From: Thermoplasmata archaeon
GTDB taxonomy: Archaea > Thermoplasmatota > Thermoplasmata > Sysuiplasmatales > Sysuiplasmataceae
Reading direction: 5' to 3'
Length of the DNA stretch: 33,869 nt
Assembly: GCA_021811925.1 (NCBI GenBank)
Contig: JAKAPY010000003.1
Span: 1-33,869, forward strand
Shown here: positions 1-8,332 of the stretch, one piece after another
Position numbering within the stretch: position 1 is the stretch's first letter
Layout of the letters: every line of letters begins with the position of its first letter
The notes under the pieces: model-generated
Databases searched by the model: none
Seen by the model: the letters and a program-made list of their open reading frames with translations, nothing else
Told to the model about the DNA's origin: nothing
Made by a program: the position numbers and the translations under genes

Positions 1-665
1 GATCTCACTATATCGAAGTTCTTTATGATGTCGAGAGCGTTGTCGGAAGTCATCCTTTCCTCGAACTTCACAACCTTGACTGTTGGATTGATATCCCTGA
101 TGCTCTCTTCAGCCGAATCTATCTTCTTCCGCCCGACATCCTTCTCTGAATGAATGATCTGCCTCTGCAGATTACTGAAGTCCACAACGTCGAAATCCAC
201 AATCCCAATTGTTCCCACTCCCGCCGCGGCAAGATATAGCAATAGCGGAGATCCCAGGCCACCAGCGCCTATCACGAGCACTTTTGCCCTCTTGAGCTTT
301 CTCTGGCCCTCGAGCCCCACCTCCGGAAGGAGGAGGTGCCTGCTGTACCTCTGTATGTCGTCGTATGTGAATTCGCTTGCCAATCCTGTCGAACCACCCG
401 CTATGGATGGTATTATGAAAACCGTGTCTCCCTCTGTGACAGGTGTCTGGCCGCGCTGCAGATACCTTATGTCCTCATCATTCAGGTAAACATTAACAAA
501 ATTTCTGAGCTGCCCACCCTCGTCGAAAAGGTGGCGCTTGATCTGCATATTGGCCGTTGCCAGATTTCGAAGGACTTCATCTACTGTCCTGCCCTCCGCC
601 GAGACTGCATCCCTGTTGCCGACATATTGCCTCAGTGGCGTTGGTATCATTACTTTGACGCTCAT
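1..665 (-). CDS. moeB: Ubiquitin-like sulfur carrier (MoaD/CysO/SAMP-type, 91 aa ending IAGG) fused in frame to a MoeB/ThiF E1-like adenylyltransferase; truncated by the window edge
   Basis: Manual translation from ATG 665, which overlaps the cysteine synthase stop (ATGA): MSVKVMIPTPLRQYVG...RNFVNVYLNDEDIRYLQ...IIPSIAGG-STGLASEF...RYSRHLLLPEVGLEGQRKLKRAKVLVIGAGGLGSP...GIVDFDVVDFSNLQRQ. No stop codon before position 1. Absent from the ORF track. Confidence 0.92.
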   Translation of the reverse strand, partial: MSVKVMIPTPLRQYVGNRDAVSAEGRTVDEVLRNLATANMQIKRHLFDEGGQLRNFVNVYLNDEDIRYLQRGQTPVTEGDTVFIIPSIAGGSTGLASEFTYDDIQRYSRHLLLPEVGLEGQRKLKRAKVLVIGAGGLGSPLLLYLAAAGVGTIGIVDFDVVDFSNLQRQIIHSEKDVGRKKIDSAEESIRDINPTVKVVKFEERMTSDNALDIIKNFDIVR

Positions 666-1594
666 TCTTCCTCCTCCCAGAATTTTTCCGACAGGTATTT
701 CTGCCCGCCGTCCGGAAACACGGTGACAAAGGAGCCTCCGCCTGCTTCCCTGGCCATCTTCATGCACGCAACCAGAGCCGCCCCGGAACTTGGGCCAACA
801 AGTATCCCTTCATGCCTCGCAAGCTGCCTTACTGCCTTCTGTGCTTCCTCCGTGGATATTTCAACATTCATGTCCGCAAGACTTTCGTCGAGTATGCCTG
901 GACGTATAGATGCATCCATTCTCTTCAGTCCCTCGAGCCCGTGGAAGGGGCCATCCGGCTGTACAGACACTCTCTTTATCTCGGGGAATGCCTCCTTCAG
1001 ATAGCGGCTTATTCCGGTGAAAGTGCCGCCCGTGCCAAGACCGGCTACAAAATAATCGAAGTGGCCCCTTGTCTGGGCGACTATTTCCCTTGCCGTCCCC
1101 TCATAGTGTGCCTTCCAGTTGCTGTTGTTATTGTACTGGTCGGCGTAATAGTAAAGTTCGGGCTCGTCTTCTGCCATCTTCCTGGCGGCCCTCTGTGAAC
1201 CGTCTGTCCCCTCAAGCGGGTCAGTGAGCACGATCTCCGCGCCATAAGCTGTGAGCAGGTCAATCTTCTCCTTCGCAACATTCTTCGGTACCACCAGGGT
1301 GCACCTGTACCCCTTGACAGCACATACCATTGCATAGGCTATTGCGGTGTTTCCGGATGATGCGTCAAGCAGAATCCTGTCCTTTGTCAACTTGCCTTCC
1401 TTCTCGGCATCTTCGATGATCTTAAGCGCCGGCCTGTCCTTCACGCTCCCTCCCGGATTGAACCATTCTGCCTTTGCATAGATCCTGGTTCCGGGCATTT
1501 CGGCTGTCAGCTTCCTTATCGCAAGGAGGGGTGTGTTGCCAATCCTGCTTAACAGGGACCAGCTTGCCTCGTAGGTCAGATTGCTGTGCATCAT
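662..1594 (-). CDS. cysM: PLP-dependent cysteine synthase (CysM/CysK family)
   Basis: IGNTPL, NPGGSVKDR (PLP lysine), SSGNT, GLGTGGT and GPSSG motifs; the subfamily call rests on context. Confidence 0.9.
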   Translation of the reverse strand: MMHSNLTYEASWSLLSRIGNTPLLAIRKLTAEMPGTRIYAKAEWFNPGGSVKDRPALKIIEDAEKEGKLTKDRILLDASSGNTAIAYAMVCAVKGYRCTLVVPKNVAKEKIDLLTAYGAEIVLTDPLEGTDGSQRAARKMAEDEPELYYYADQYNNNSNWKAHYEGTAREIVAQTRGHFDYFVAGLGTGGTFTGISRYLKEAFPEIKRVSVQPDGPFHGLEGLKRMDASIRPGILDESLADMNVEISTEEAQKAVRQLARHEGILVGPSSGAALVACMKMAREAGGGSFVTVFPDGGQKYLSEKFWEEEE

Positions 1595-1962
1595 TTTTCA
1601 TCACCCACGGCTTCCTGAAATACCTTTAGTCCAAGGGTTGCACATTTGATCCTTACTGCGCTGAGAGGGATGTGGAGCATCTCCTTGATGTCGTCAGGGC
1701 TCAGACTCATTGCATCGGTAACACTCATACCCTTGAGCCGGTCGGTAAGCATTGAGACAGATGCCTGGCTTATTGCGCAGCCTCTGCCATCGAATTTTAT
1801 GTCAGCTATGACACCGTTGTTCACCTTGAGATACATGCTTATGTCGTCGCCACAGACAGGGTTGTTGCCGTGTCCGAATTTGTCCGGATGGTCTAAGCTG
1901 CCCTTGTTGTGCGGTTTCTTGTAATGCTCGAGTATCTCCTCTTGATAAATGTCATAGGCCAT
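1591..1962 (-). CDS. sufU: SufU/IscU (NifU-N) family Fe-S scaffold / sulfur-transfer protein
   Basis: ILEHYKKPHNKG, NPVCGD, GRGCAISQAS and RIKCA motifs; start moved to ATG 1962, which follows a GAGGT SD. Confidence 0.9.
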   Translation of the reverse strand: MAYDIYQEEILEHYKKPHNKGSLDHPDKFGHGNNPVCGDDISMYLKVNNGVIADIKFDGRGCAISQASVSMLTDRLKGMSVTDAMSLSPDDIKEMLHIPLSAVRIKCATLGLKVFQEAVGDEK

Positions 1963-1973
1963 GTCAAAATACC

Positions 1974-2729
1974 TCAATTCGCAAGTGCCGGCTCGCGGAG
2001 CCAGTCATACCCTTTTTCCTCCAGTTCCTTGGCAAGCTCCTTGCCTCCGCTCTTCACGACCTTCCCGTTGACCACGACGTGGACGTGGTCTGGTGTGATG
2101 TACTGGAGCAGCCTCTGGTAGTGGGTGACAAGCACAAGGCCGATGTTCGGGCCGGCCATCAGGTTGATTGCGTTTGCGACTATCTTGAGCGAGTCAATAT
2201 CAAGGCCGCTGTCGGTCTCGTCCAGTATTGCAAATTTGGGCTGCAGGACAGCCATCTGAAGGACTTCCGCCCTTTTCTTCTCTCCGCCGGAAAAGCCCTC
2301 ATTCAGCGAGCGCCCTATGAAGTTCTCATCTATGCCGAGCGTGTTGACCTTCTCCTTGAGCAGCCTGAAGAACTTGGTCGGGCTCAGCTGGTTGTCACTG
2401 TGAACTGCGTTGTACGCTATCCTCAGGAAATTGCCAAGCCTTACACCCGGCACTTCGACCGGATACTGGAAACCGAGGAAGAGGCCGAGCTTCGCCCTCT
2501 TGTCAGGAGGGAGTGACAGGACATCGGTCCCGTCAACCGTGACATGGCCGCCTGTTATCTGGTACTTGGGATGGCCCATGAGCGAGTAGCTTAGAGTGCT
2601 TTTCCCTGATCCGTTGGGTCCCATGATGGCATGGATCTCACCCTGCCTGACCGTAAGGTCAATGCCCTTCAGTATCTGCTTGCCTTCGATGTTGACTTTC
2701 AAGCCCTTTATCGAGAGTTCTGATGCCAT
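1974..2729 (-). CDS. sufC: Fe-S cluster assembly ATPase SufC
   Basis: GPNGSGKST, FQYPVEVPGV, LNEGFSGGEKKR, LDETDSGLDID and VTHYQRLL motifs; start at ATG 2729 after a GAGGT SD. Confidence 0.96.
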   Translation of the reverse strand: MASELSIKGLKVNIEGKQILKGIDLTVRQGEIHAIMGPNGSGKSTLSYSLMGHPKYQITGGHVTVDGTDVLSLPPDKRAKLGLFLGFQYPVEVPGVRLGNFLRIAYNAVHSDNQLSPTKFFRLLKEKVNTLGIDENFIGRSLNEGFSGGEKKRAEVLQMAVLQPKFAILDETDSGLDIDSLKIVANAINLMAGPNIGLVLVTHYQRLLQYITPDHVHVVVNGKVVKSGGKELAKELEEKGYDWLREPALAN

Positions 2730-2786
2730 TTCTATACCTCTTGAAGTTCCCAGGCACTGTTTCGTTTTCATCCATGAGGCAAATCA

Positions 2787-2830
2787 TATTTAAACATATC
2801 TTACTGTGTAAATTGCACAATGTTAATATA
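2787..2830. promoter_or_regulatory. Back-to-back TATA boxes with a central imperfect palindrome (candidate operator)
   Basis: TTTAAATA on minus (2794-2787), TTAATATA on plus (2823-2830), TGTGTAAATTGCACA at 2805-2819. Confidence 0.6.
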
Positions 2831-2862
2831 CGCTTACGAATTTAACTAAAAGAGGTAAGAAG

Positions 2863-3495
2863 TTGGACGCGGACATTTCGATGCTGGGCGAGTCGAAAGC
2901 CCGGATCATAGACTTCCTGGGTGAAGGCGAGAAATCGGGCAGAGATCTTTCAGCGATGCTCGGCATCAACCAGACTGCAGTCAGGGAACATGTCCAGGCG
3001 CTGGAGCGCATGGGTATTGCCCATGCAAGATTTGTCAAGACAGGGGTCGGGCGGCCGAAGAAAAGGTATTCCCTTACTCCGTTTGGAGTGGAGCTGCTGC
3101 CAAAACATTACGATGTCATGCTTAATACACTCATCAAAAAGATCTGGGAGAAGGGAGGAGATGCCCTGCTCAGCCAGTTCATGTCAGACGTTGTCAGGGA
3201 TCTTGCGGACAGCACGGCGAAGGATGAGAATCTCACGCTTGACCAGAGGATCAGCAGGGTTGTCGGATTCCTGAACAAGCTCGGGTTCATGGCCACGGTG
3301 GAAAAGGAAGGGGAAAGGCTGTTTGTGGTGAGACACAACTGTATTTTTAACAAGACGGCAAAGCTGTATTCGGGCGTCCTGTGCGGTGAGTGTGACACCG
3401 CCCTTATCAGGGAGCCGATAGGAAGGAAGGAAATCGAACTTGTGGAATGCATAGGAAAGGGTGACAATTCCTGCAAGAACCTTATAAAGGCATGA
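2863..3495 (+). CDS. sufR: SufR-like transcriptional regulator (winged HTH plus Cys-rich C-terminal domain)
   Basis: AVREHVQALE...GRPKKRYSLT HTH; C-terminal HNC-x13-C-x2-C...C-x7-C; divergent from sufC; TTG start after GAGGT. Confidence 0.82.
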   Translation: MDADISMLGESKARIIDFLGEGEKSGRDLSAMLGINQTAVREHVQALERMGIAHARFVKTGVGRPKKRYSLTPFGVELLPKHYDVMLNTLIKKIWEKGGDALLSQFMSDVVRDLADSTAKDENLTLDQRISRVVGFLNKLGFMATVEKEGERLFVVRHNCIFNKTAKLYSGVLCGECDTALIREPIGRKEIELVECIGKGDNSCKNLIKA

Positions 3496-3571
3496 GGGCA
3501 CTGAGTTGTTCACCAATTCGAAATGTGTAAAATAAGTGCTTTATATCCTTTCTGCGTCTGTTGCTGTTGGA

Positions 3572-4537
3572 ATGTACAACAAAGCGATCGTACAGCTTGC
3601 GGTGTTCGCGGTGGCGGCACTTCTGCTTGCCCCTGTCCTTTTCAGCGGAGTGGCACGCGCCGACAGCGGAGACAGGGAGACATCTGTCAATGTCCAGAAC
3701 ACGGGCGGCTATTTCAGTATCGATTCGCAGTCGACCAACACTGTTGGCCCCAAGAACGAGTACAACATGGTTTTCACAGGCAACACATTCCTGATGCAGT
3801 TCAAGAATAATTCCCAGACCACAGGCTACAGCCTGCAGTTCAGCGTCCAGCTTGAGAACCTCACGCTTGCCACATCGAACGGGACCATTCCACTCCTCAA
3901 CTTCTCACAGCAGGAATTTGAGGTATCCAGCGCACCAATGACAATGAATGGAATGCAAGTGTTCGCGCTTTCCACAGAGTCTGACATGGCAAGATTCATA
4001 ATGACAATACAGGTTGTGAACGCGCCGTTGTCGGCAAGCCTGCCCAACGGCACCGACAGTTCCCTTCTGACGCCAAACCAGGTAGAGATTTCATTTTACA
4101 TCCTCCTGTCGAACCAGGCCGAAGGCGGCTACCAGAACATGCAGATGGGAGCGGCAACACACGGGGGCAACATAACCCTCAAGCTGGGCCTGAGCGCGGG
4201 AAACGCCACAGTACTCGGTATAGCGAATATGAACTCATACTCACAGGTCGAGTTCCTTCAGGGGAAGAATAGCGGGTACTTCGCATGGGACAATATGGCT
4301 AATGAGGGAGGAAAGAACGTGACGGTTGGATCACACCTGTCCTCAAACGGTACCCTTTCGCTTGTATACCCCTATGCAACCACCATAATACATGACCCGG
4401 CGATCGGCATTTCGCCAAGCACCATCACAAGCCTTGTGACTTCCTCGATTGGGAATATTGTAATATATGCTGTGACACTAGCAGTTTCAGCCGTGCTCAT
4501 CGGCGGCGCAATAGCCTTCAGGCGAAGGCGGCAGTGA
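3572..4537 (+). CDS. Secreted, C-terminally anchored surface glycoprotein of unknown function
   Basis: Signal peptide (MYNKAIVQLAVFAVAALLLAP...ARA), about nine N-x-S/T sequons, C-terminal TM helix plus RRRRQ; TATA TTTATAT at 3540-3546 favours a leaderless start at 3572. Confidence 0.8.
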   Translation: MYNKAIVQLAVFAVAALLLAPVLFSGVARADSGDRETSVNVQNTGGYFSIDSQSTNTVGPKNEYNMVFTGNTFLMQFKNNSQTTGYSLQFSVQLENLTLATSNGTIPLLNFSQQEFEVSSAPMTMNGMQVFALSTESDMARFIMTIQVVNAPLSASLPNGTDSSLLTPNQVEISFYILLSNQAEGGYQNMQMGAATHGGNITLKLGLSAGNATVLGIANMNSYSQVEFLQGKNSGYFAWDNMANEGGKNVTVGSHLSSNGTLSLVYPYATTIIHDPAIGISPSTITSLVTSSIGNIVIYAVTLAVSAVLIGGAIAFRRRRQ

Positions 4538-4560
4538 GCGCGGGGGAACACAGTGCGTAG

Positions 4561-4842
4561 ATGACATTGTTCACGCTTGGAACGGCAGAGAATATAGTTG
4601 CTGCACTCCTTGCCATTCTCTCCTTCACGCTCTTCGTCATTTCAATAGCAGCCTATATGAGGCACAGGAGCGCCAGGATCGCATTTGTTTCCGCGGCATT
4701 CGCACTCTTCTTCTGCGAAGGTATTCTGTTCACATACCAGCTCTTCTACCAGTCATTCGCATCCGGCATGTTCTATGCCCTCATCGGCCTGGTCAGTGTT
4801 GCGATACTTCTCCTCATATTCGCAGCTACATTCAAGAGGTAG
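4561..4842 (+). CDS. Small 3-TM membrane protein of unknown function
   Basis: Three hydrophobic helices with a basic loop (AYMRHRSAR); lies 11 nt upstream of the HTH gene. Confidence 0.78.
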   Translation: MTLFTLGTAENIVAALLAILSFTLFVISIAAYMRHRSARIAFVSAAFALFFCEGILFTYQLFYQSFASGMFYALIGLVSVAILLLIFAATFKR

Positions 4843-4853
4843 GGGCGACGTCC

Positions 4854-5405
4854 TTGGGGGAAGAAGCTCTTGAGCTGGAGACAAGAAAGAAGATATACGA
4901 CACTGTAAGGAAGTTTCCAGGCCTCCATCTGAGGGAGCTGTCGAGACAACTCGGACTCAGTGTCCCCCTCGTGGATTATCATCTCAATTTCCTTGAAAAG
5001 TACGGTTTAGTGTCGGGCATATCCGACGAGCAGTACAAACGCTTCTACCCGAAGGATGCTCTCGGAGCGGAGCAGAAGACCGACGTGCTCTCTGCGGACG
5101 AGAAGAGGATTGTTGCACTGCTCAGGCAGCGGATACCGCTGCAGATTGTGCTCTTTATACTGAAGCAGGGGAGTGCCCAGCACAAGGAGATGGTGCCACT
5201 CATGGGCGTATCGCCCTCCACTCTTTCCCATCATCTCAACAAGCTGCAGAGGAGGGGGATACTCCTCAAGACTTCGGCTGGCCAGGAGAGGGGATACAGG
5301 CTCGCAAATGAGGCGCAGGTCGCGAGGCTACTTATCCGTTACGAGCCCCCTCCAGGTACTCTCGCGGATAGTTTCGCGGAGATATGGGAGGAATTCCACC
5401 AGTAG
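4854..5405 (+). CDS. Double winged-HTH (ArsR/MarR-like) transcriptional regulator
   Basis: Two HTH repeats: PGLHLRELSRQLGLSVPLVDYHLNFLE and HKEMVPLMGVSPSTLSHHLNKLQ. Confidence 0.88.
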   Translation: MGEEALELETRKKIYDTVRKFPGLHLRELSRQLGLSVPLVDYHLNFLEKYGLVSGISDEQYKRFYPKDALGAEQKTDVLSADEKRIVALLRQRIPLQIVLFILKQGSAQHKEMVPLMGVSPSTLSHHLNKLQRRGILLKTSAGQERGYRLANEAQVARLLIRYEPPPGTLADSFAEIWEEFHQ

Positions 5406-5468
5406 GGACCGCTGGAAGCTTAATATAATACAATCATGTGAATCGCAACTGACTGTTCAGGTGCTACA

Positions 5469-5945
5469 ATGAATATCAGGATCAACGGCTGGGAAACAGG
5501 CATAAGGTTTGTCGCAGGCCACTTCCTGCCGTCAATCGAGAAATGCAGCAGGCTGCACGGCCACAACTACGCATTGCTCGTTGAAATAGAGGGAGAGCCA
5601 AACGAGGACGGAATCATAATCGATTTCATCAGGGTGAAAGAGGCAGCACATCCTGTGGTTGAAAAGATGGACCACAGAATGCTTCTTCCCTCGGGCGGTT
5701 CCTCGATGGAGATAATGCGTGCCGATGATGAGTATACTGTCAGATTCAACGACAAGAAATATGTTTTCCCCGCTTCGGACGTGACTGTACTCCCGATCGA
5801 CAATGTAAGCGCTGAGAATCTTGCCTCGTACTTTGCAGGGGAGCTTGCACGCAGCGGCATATTCGGAAAGAATGTGAGAAGCGTAAGCGTTGGTGTTGCA
5901 GAGGGGCGGGGACAGGAAGCGTGGGCCAGGGTGGTGATTAACTGA
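5469..5945 (+). CDS. queD: 6-carboxy-5,6,7,8-tetrahydropterin synthase
   Basis: H...C..LHGHNY, IDF..VK, DHRML and SAENLA motifs; clustered with queC and queE. Confidence 0.9.
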   Translation: MNIRINGWETGIRFVAGHFLPSIEKCSRLHGHNYALLVEIEGEPNEDGIIIDFIRVKEAAHPVVEKMDHRMLLPSGGSSMEIMRADDEYTVRFNDKKYVFPASDVTVLPIDNVSAENLASYFAGELARSGIFGKNVRSVSVGVAEGRGQEAWARVVIN

Positions 5946-6610
5946 CTGGAGCAGTCGTCCTTCTTTCTGGCGGCCTGGATTCGACCACGGTCGCTTCCCT
6001 CCTCAGGAGCAAGGGGGAGAAGTTCAGCGCCCTCACATTGGACTACAGCCAGAGGCATTCAAGGGAGATAGATGCGGCCATCAACATTGCATCGAAGCTC
6101 GGAGCGGCGCAGCACCTGGTGATGAAAATCGACCTGTCAGGCATTGGTGGCAGCGCACTGACGGACAGAAATATAGATGTTCCCGAGCCCGGTGGAGAGG
6201 GTATACCTGCCACATACGTTCCTGCGCGGAATACTATCTTTCTCTCGCTGGCGCTTGCTTTTGCTGAAGCAAGGGACTTCGATTTCGTGTACATAGGCGC
6301 CAACGCTGTCGACTACAGTGGTTATCCGGACTGCAGGCCGGAATACATCGACGCTTTCAACGGGATGGCGGCACTGGCGCTGAAGCGGGGAGTTGAAGGA
6401 AGGCCCGTTACGGTTGTTGCGCCCCTGATGAAGATGAGCAAGGCGGAAATAGTAAGGCTGGGCACGCGGCTGAATGCGCCGTACGAGCTGAGCTGGAGCT
6501 GTTACCGCGGCACGGGAAAGGCGTGTGGGAGGTGCGACTCGTGCAACCTCAGGCTGAAGGGCTTCATGGAAGCGGGAATCAGGGACCCGGTAGAATATGA
6601 GAATCAATGA
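5942..6610 (+). CDS. queC: 7-cyano-7-deazaguanine (preQ0) synthase, probable CTG start
   Basis: The frame is open upstream of the ORF-track start (6038) back to CTG 5942 and gives AVVLLSGGLDST; also TYVPARN, DYSGYPDCRP and SWSCY...CGRCDSC. Confidence 0.93.
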   Translation: MTGAVVLLSGGLDSTTVASLLRSKGEKFSALTLDYSQRHSREIDAAINIASKLGAAQHLVMKIDLSGIGGSALTDRNIDVPEPGGEGIPATYVPARNTIFLSLALAFAEARDFDFVYIGANAVDYSGYPDCRPEYIDAFNGMAALALKRGVEGRPVTVVAPLMKMSKAEIVRLGTRLNAPYELSWSCYRGTGKACGRCDSCNLRLKGFMEAGIRDPVEYENQ

Positions 6611-7235
6611 GATATTCAAGTCAATACAGGGAGAAGGGCTCTTCATAGGCCTTCCCACTGTCTTTGTGAGGACTGCAGGCTGCGATTTGAGGTGTAAATG
6701 GTGCGACACGCCGTACGCCCTACTCGACTCGCAGGGAATTGACTGGAAACTAGAAGACATAGAGAACGAGGTATCCAAATCAGGGGCGAGAAATGTTTGC
6801 CTGACGGGAGGCGACCCTCTCAGGCAGATGGACGAGTCGGTAGAACTGGTTAGAAGGCTTGCGGACATGGGCTTTTCAGTTGTGATCGAGACGAGCGGCG
6901 CATATGACATAAGCGGGCTCCCCCGAGGCGTCAATATAGCGGTAAGCATGGACGTCAAGGCTCCAGGTTCCGGCATGGCGTCACGCAACCTGCCTGGAAA
7001 TGTCGATTTTCTGAGGAGTGGCGACCAGCTGAAATTCATACTGACGGGAATGGAGGACTATGAATTCGCAAAGGAGTTCCTTGCAAAACACAGGATCCCG
7101 TGCGAAGTGATAATGACGCCGGCCGGAGGAAAGGAGATGGGCTGGCTCGCAGAGAAGATACTTGCAGACGGCCTGAACGTACGAGTTCTGCCTCAACTCC
7201 ACAAGTATATTTGGGGAGATGAAAGAGGCAGATGA
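6597..7235 (+). CDS. queE: 7-carboxy-7-deazaguanine synthase (radical SAM)
   Basis: EIFKSIQGEG, CDLRCKWCDT, LTGGDP and PQLHK motifs. Confidence 0.94.
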   Translation: MRINEIFKSIQGEGLFIGLPTVFVRTAGCDLRCKWCDTPYALLDSQGIDWKLEDIENEVSKSGARNVCLTGGDPLRQMDESVELVRRLADMGFSVVIETSGAYDISGLPRGVNIAVSMDVKAPGSGMASRNLPGNVDFLRSGDQLKFILTGMEDYEFAKEFLAKHRIPCEVIMTPAGGKEMGWLAEKILADGLNVRVLPQLHKYIWGDERGR

Positions 7236-7245
7236 CACTTTGGAT

Positions 7246-8268
7246 TTACTGCTCGGCGAGTATCTGGTCAAACCTGAATGAAGAGAAAGGCTTCAGGCCC
7301 ACGGCAATCTCTGCCTCTATCGGTGTGAGCAGAGGTTTCGTGTATCTGTGATAGTCGTCTATTGCAATCCGTGGACATGCTGTTGAGACGAATGCATCGA
7401 ACGAGTAGTTTGATATCAGTTCAGGGGACACAACGTTTGTGTGGACGAGAGTGGCGCTCCTGTTCGCCTGCTTTATCTCCGCCACAAGCCTGTCCGCGAG
7501 CATTTTACGCCTCTGGCCCAGCTTCGAGTTGAGAAGGACACCGAAAGATCTTGCGCTCATCGCCCTTTCAATCGAGACAAGACGCTGTTTCATTATCCTG
7601 TCCCTCAGGGAATCAAGTGTTCTCACTGTCATTTCGGAGGGGTTCGCTGCAACTAGCTTCCTGTCGCTGAGCATTGCAAGCCCGATTGGATGGAAATCCC
7701 CTTCGCCAATGTAGAGGAATGTGTCAACTTCCTTTTCAATCCAGAGGGCTGAGGTGTAATCGCAGCCGAGGAGTTGTGCATAATTCCCGAGCCTGATGTC
7801 GCCCCTGGAAGTCAGTGCCTCGAATCCTTTTACCCTGAGGAAAGAAACAATTCTGTCAAGAAAGTGAACATGCTGCGCTGTCGTCACCACCCCAACACGG
7901 CCCGAAAGATAGGGCAGCGCCATCTCCACCACGGGCAGCGGATCCAGATCGAGGTACAGATTCGCAAAATGCATCTTCGGAATGGCGCCTATGCTCGGCA
8001 TTTCCGTGTGGCCGAACTGCACAACGAGATCCACATGGCCGAACAGGTGAGTAGGCACGTCGCAAGCACCGAAGCATGGTTCCGAATCCACCGCAACTTC
8101 TGCTCCCGTGGCAAGTGATACATTGTGAGCTATCTCGGAAGCGAATATCCTCAGACCCTCCGGTAGCTGGATTGCAATTTTCCTCGCCTTTCTTCGATTT
8201 GCAGAAAGCGTTATGGCATCAAAGTCGACGAGGAACCTAGAACCTTGCACTACTGGCTGGAGAACCAT
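7246..8268 (-). CDS. dph2: Diphthamide biosynthesis enzyme Dph2
   Basis: IQLPEGL, CFGACD, QLLGCD, G.FHP, K.GQ and TACPRI motifs (three Fe-S cysteines). Confidence 0.93.
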   Translation of the reverse strand: MVLQPVVQGSRFLVDFDAITLSANRRKARKIAIQLPEGLRIFASEIAHNVSLATGAEVAVDSEPCFGACDVPTHLFGHVDLVVQFGHTEMPSIGAIPKMHFANLYLDLDPLPVVEMALPYLSGRVGVVTTAQHVHFLDRIVSFLRVKGFEALTSRGDIRLGNYAQLLGCDYTSALWIEKEVDTFLYIGEGDFHPIGLAMLSDRKLVAANPSEMTVRTLDSLRDRIMKQRLVSIERAMSARSFGVLLNSKLGQRRKMLADRLVAEIKQANRSATLVHTNVVSPELISNYSFDAFVSTACPRIAIDDYHRYTKPLLTPIEAEIAVGLKPFSSFRFDQILAEQ

Positions 8269-8332
8269 CTGCTACCTGCCGTTTTCAACAGAACCGCGTA
8301 ATTAAGTCTTTGCAGTTCTGCATCCGGGACGG

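Noticed and set aside
1-6. The minus strand ends ...GTG AGA TC, giving DIVR where MoeB usually has DIV(V/I)D; AGATC matches the start of the Illumina adapter
   Set aside because: Five bases cannot be told from chance; at most a contig-end artefact, not biology.
154-1198. Plus-strand ORFs 154-489, 336-1004 and 812-1198
   Set aside because: Antisense shadows of Ubl-moeB and cysM with no recognisable motifs.
6137-7039. 300-aa antisense ORF over queC/queE
   Set aside because: Shadow ORF with Ser/Pro/Arg-rich composition and no domain features.
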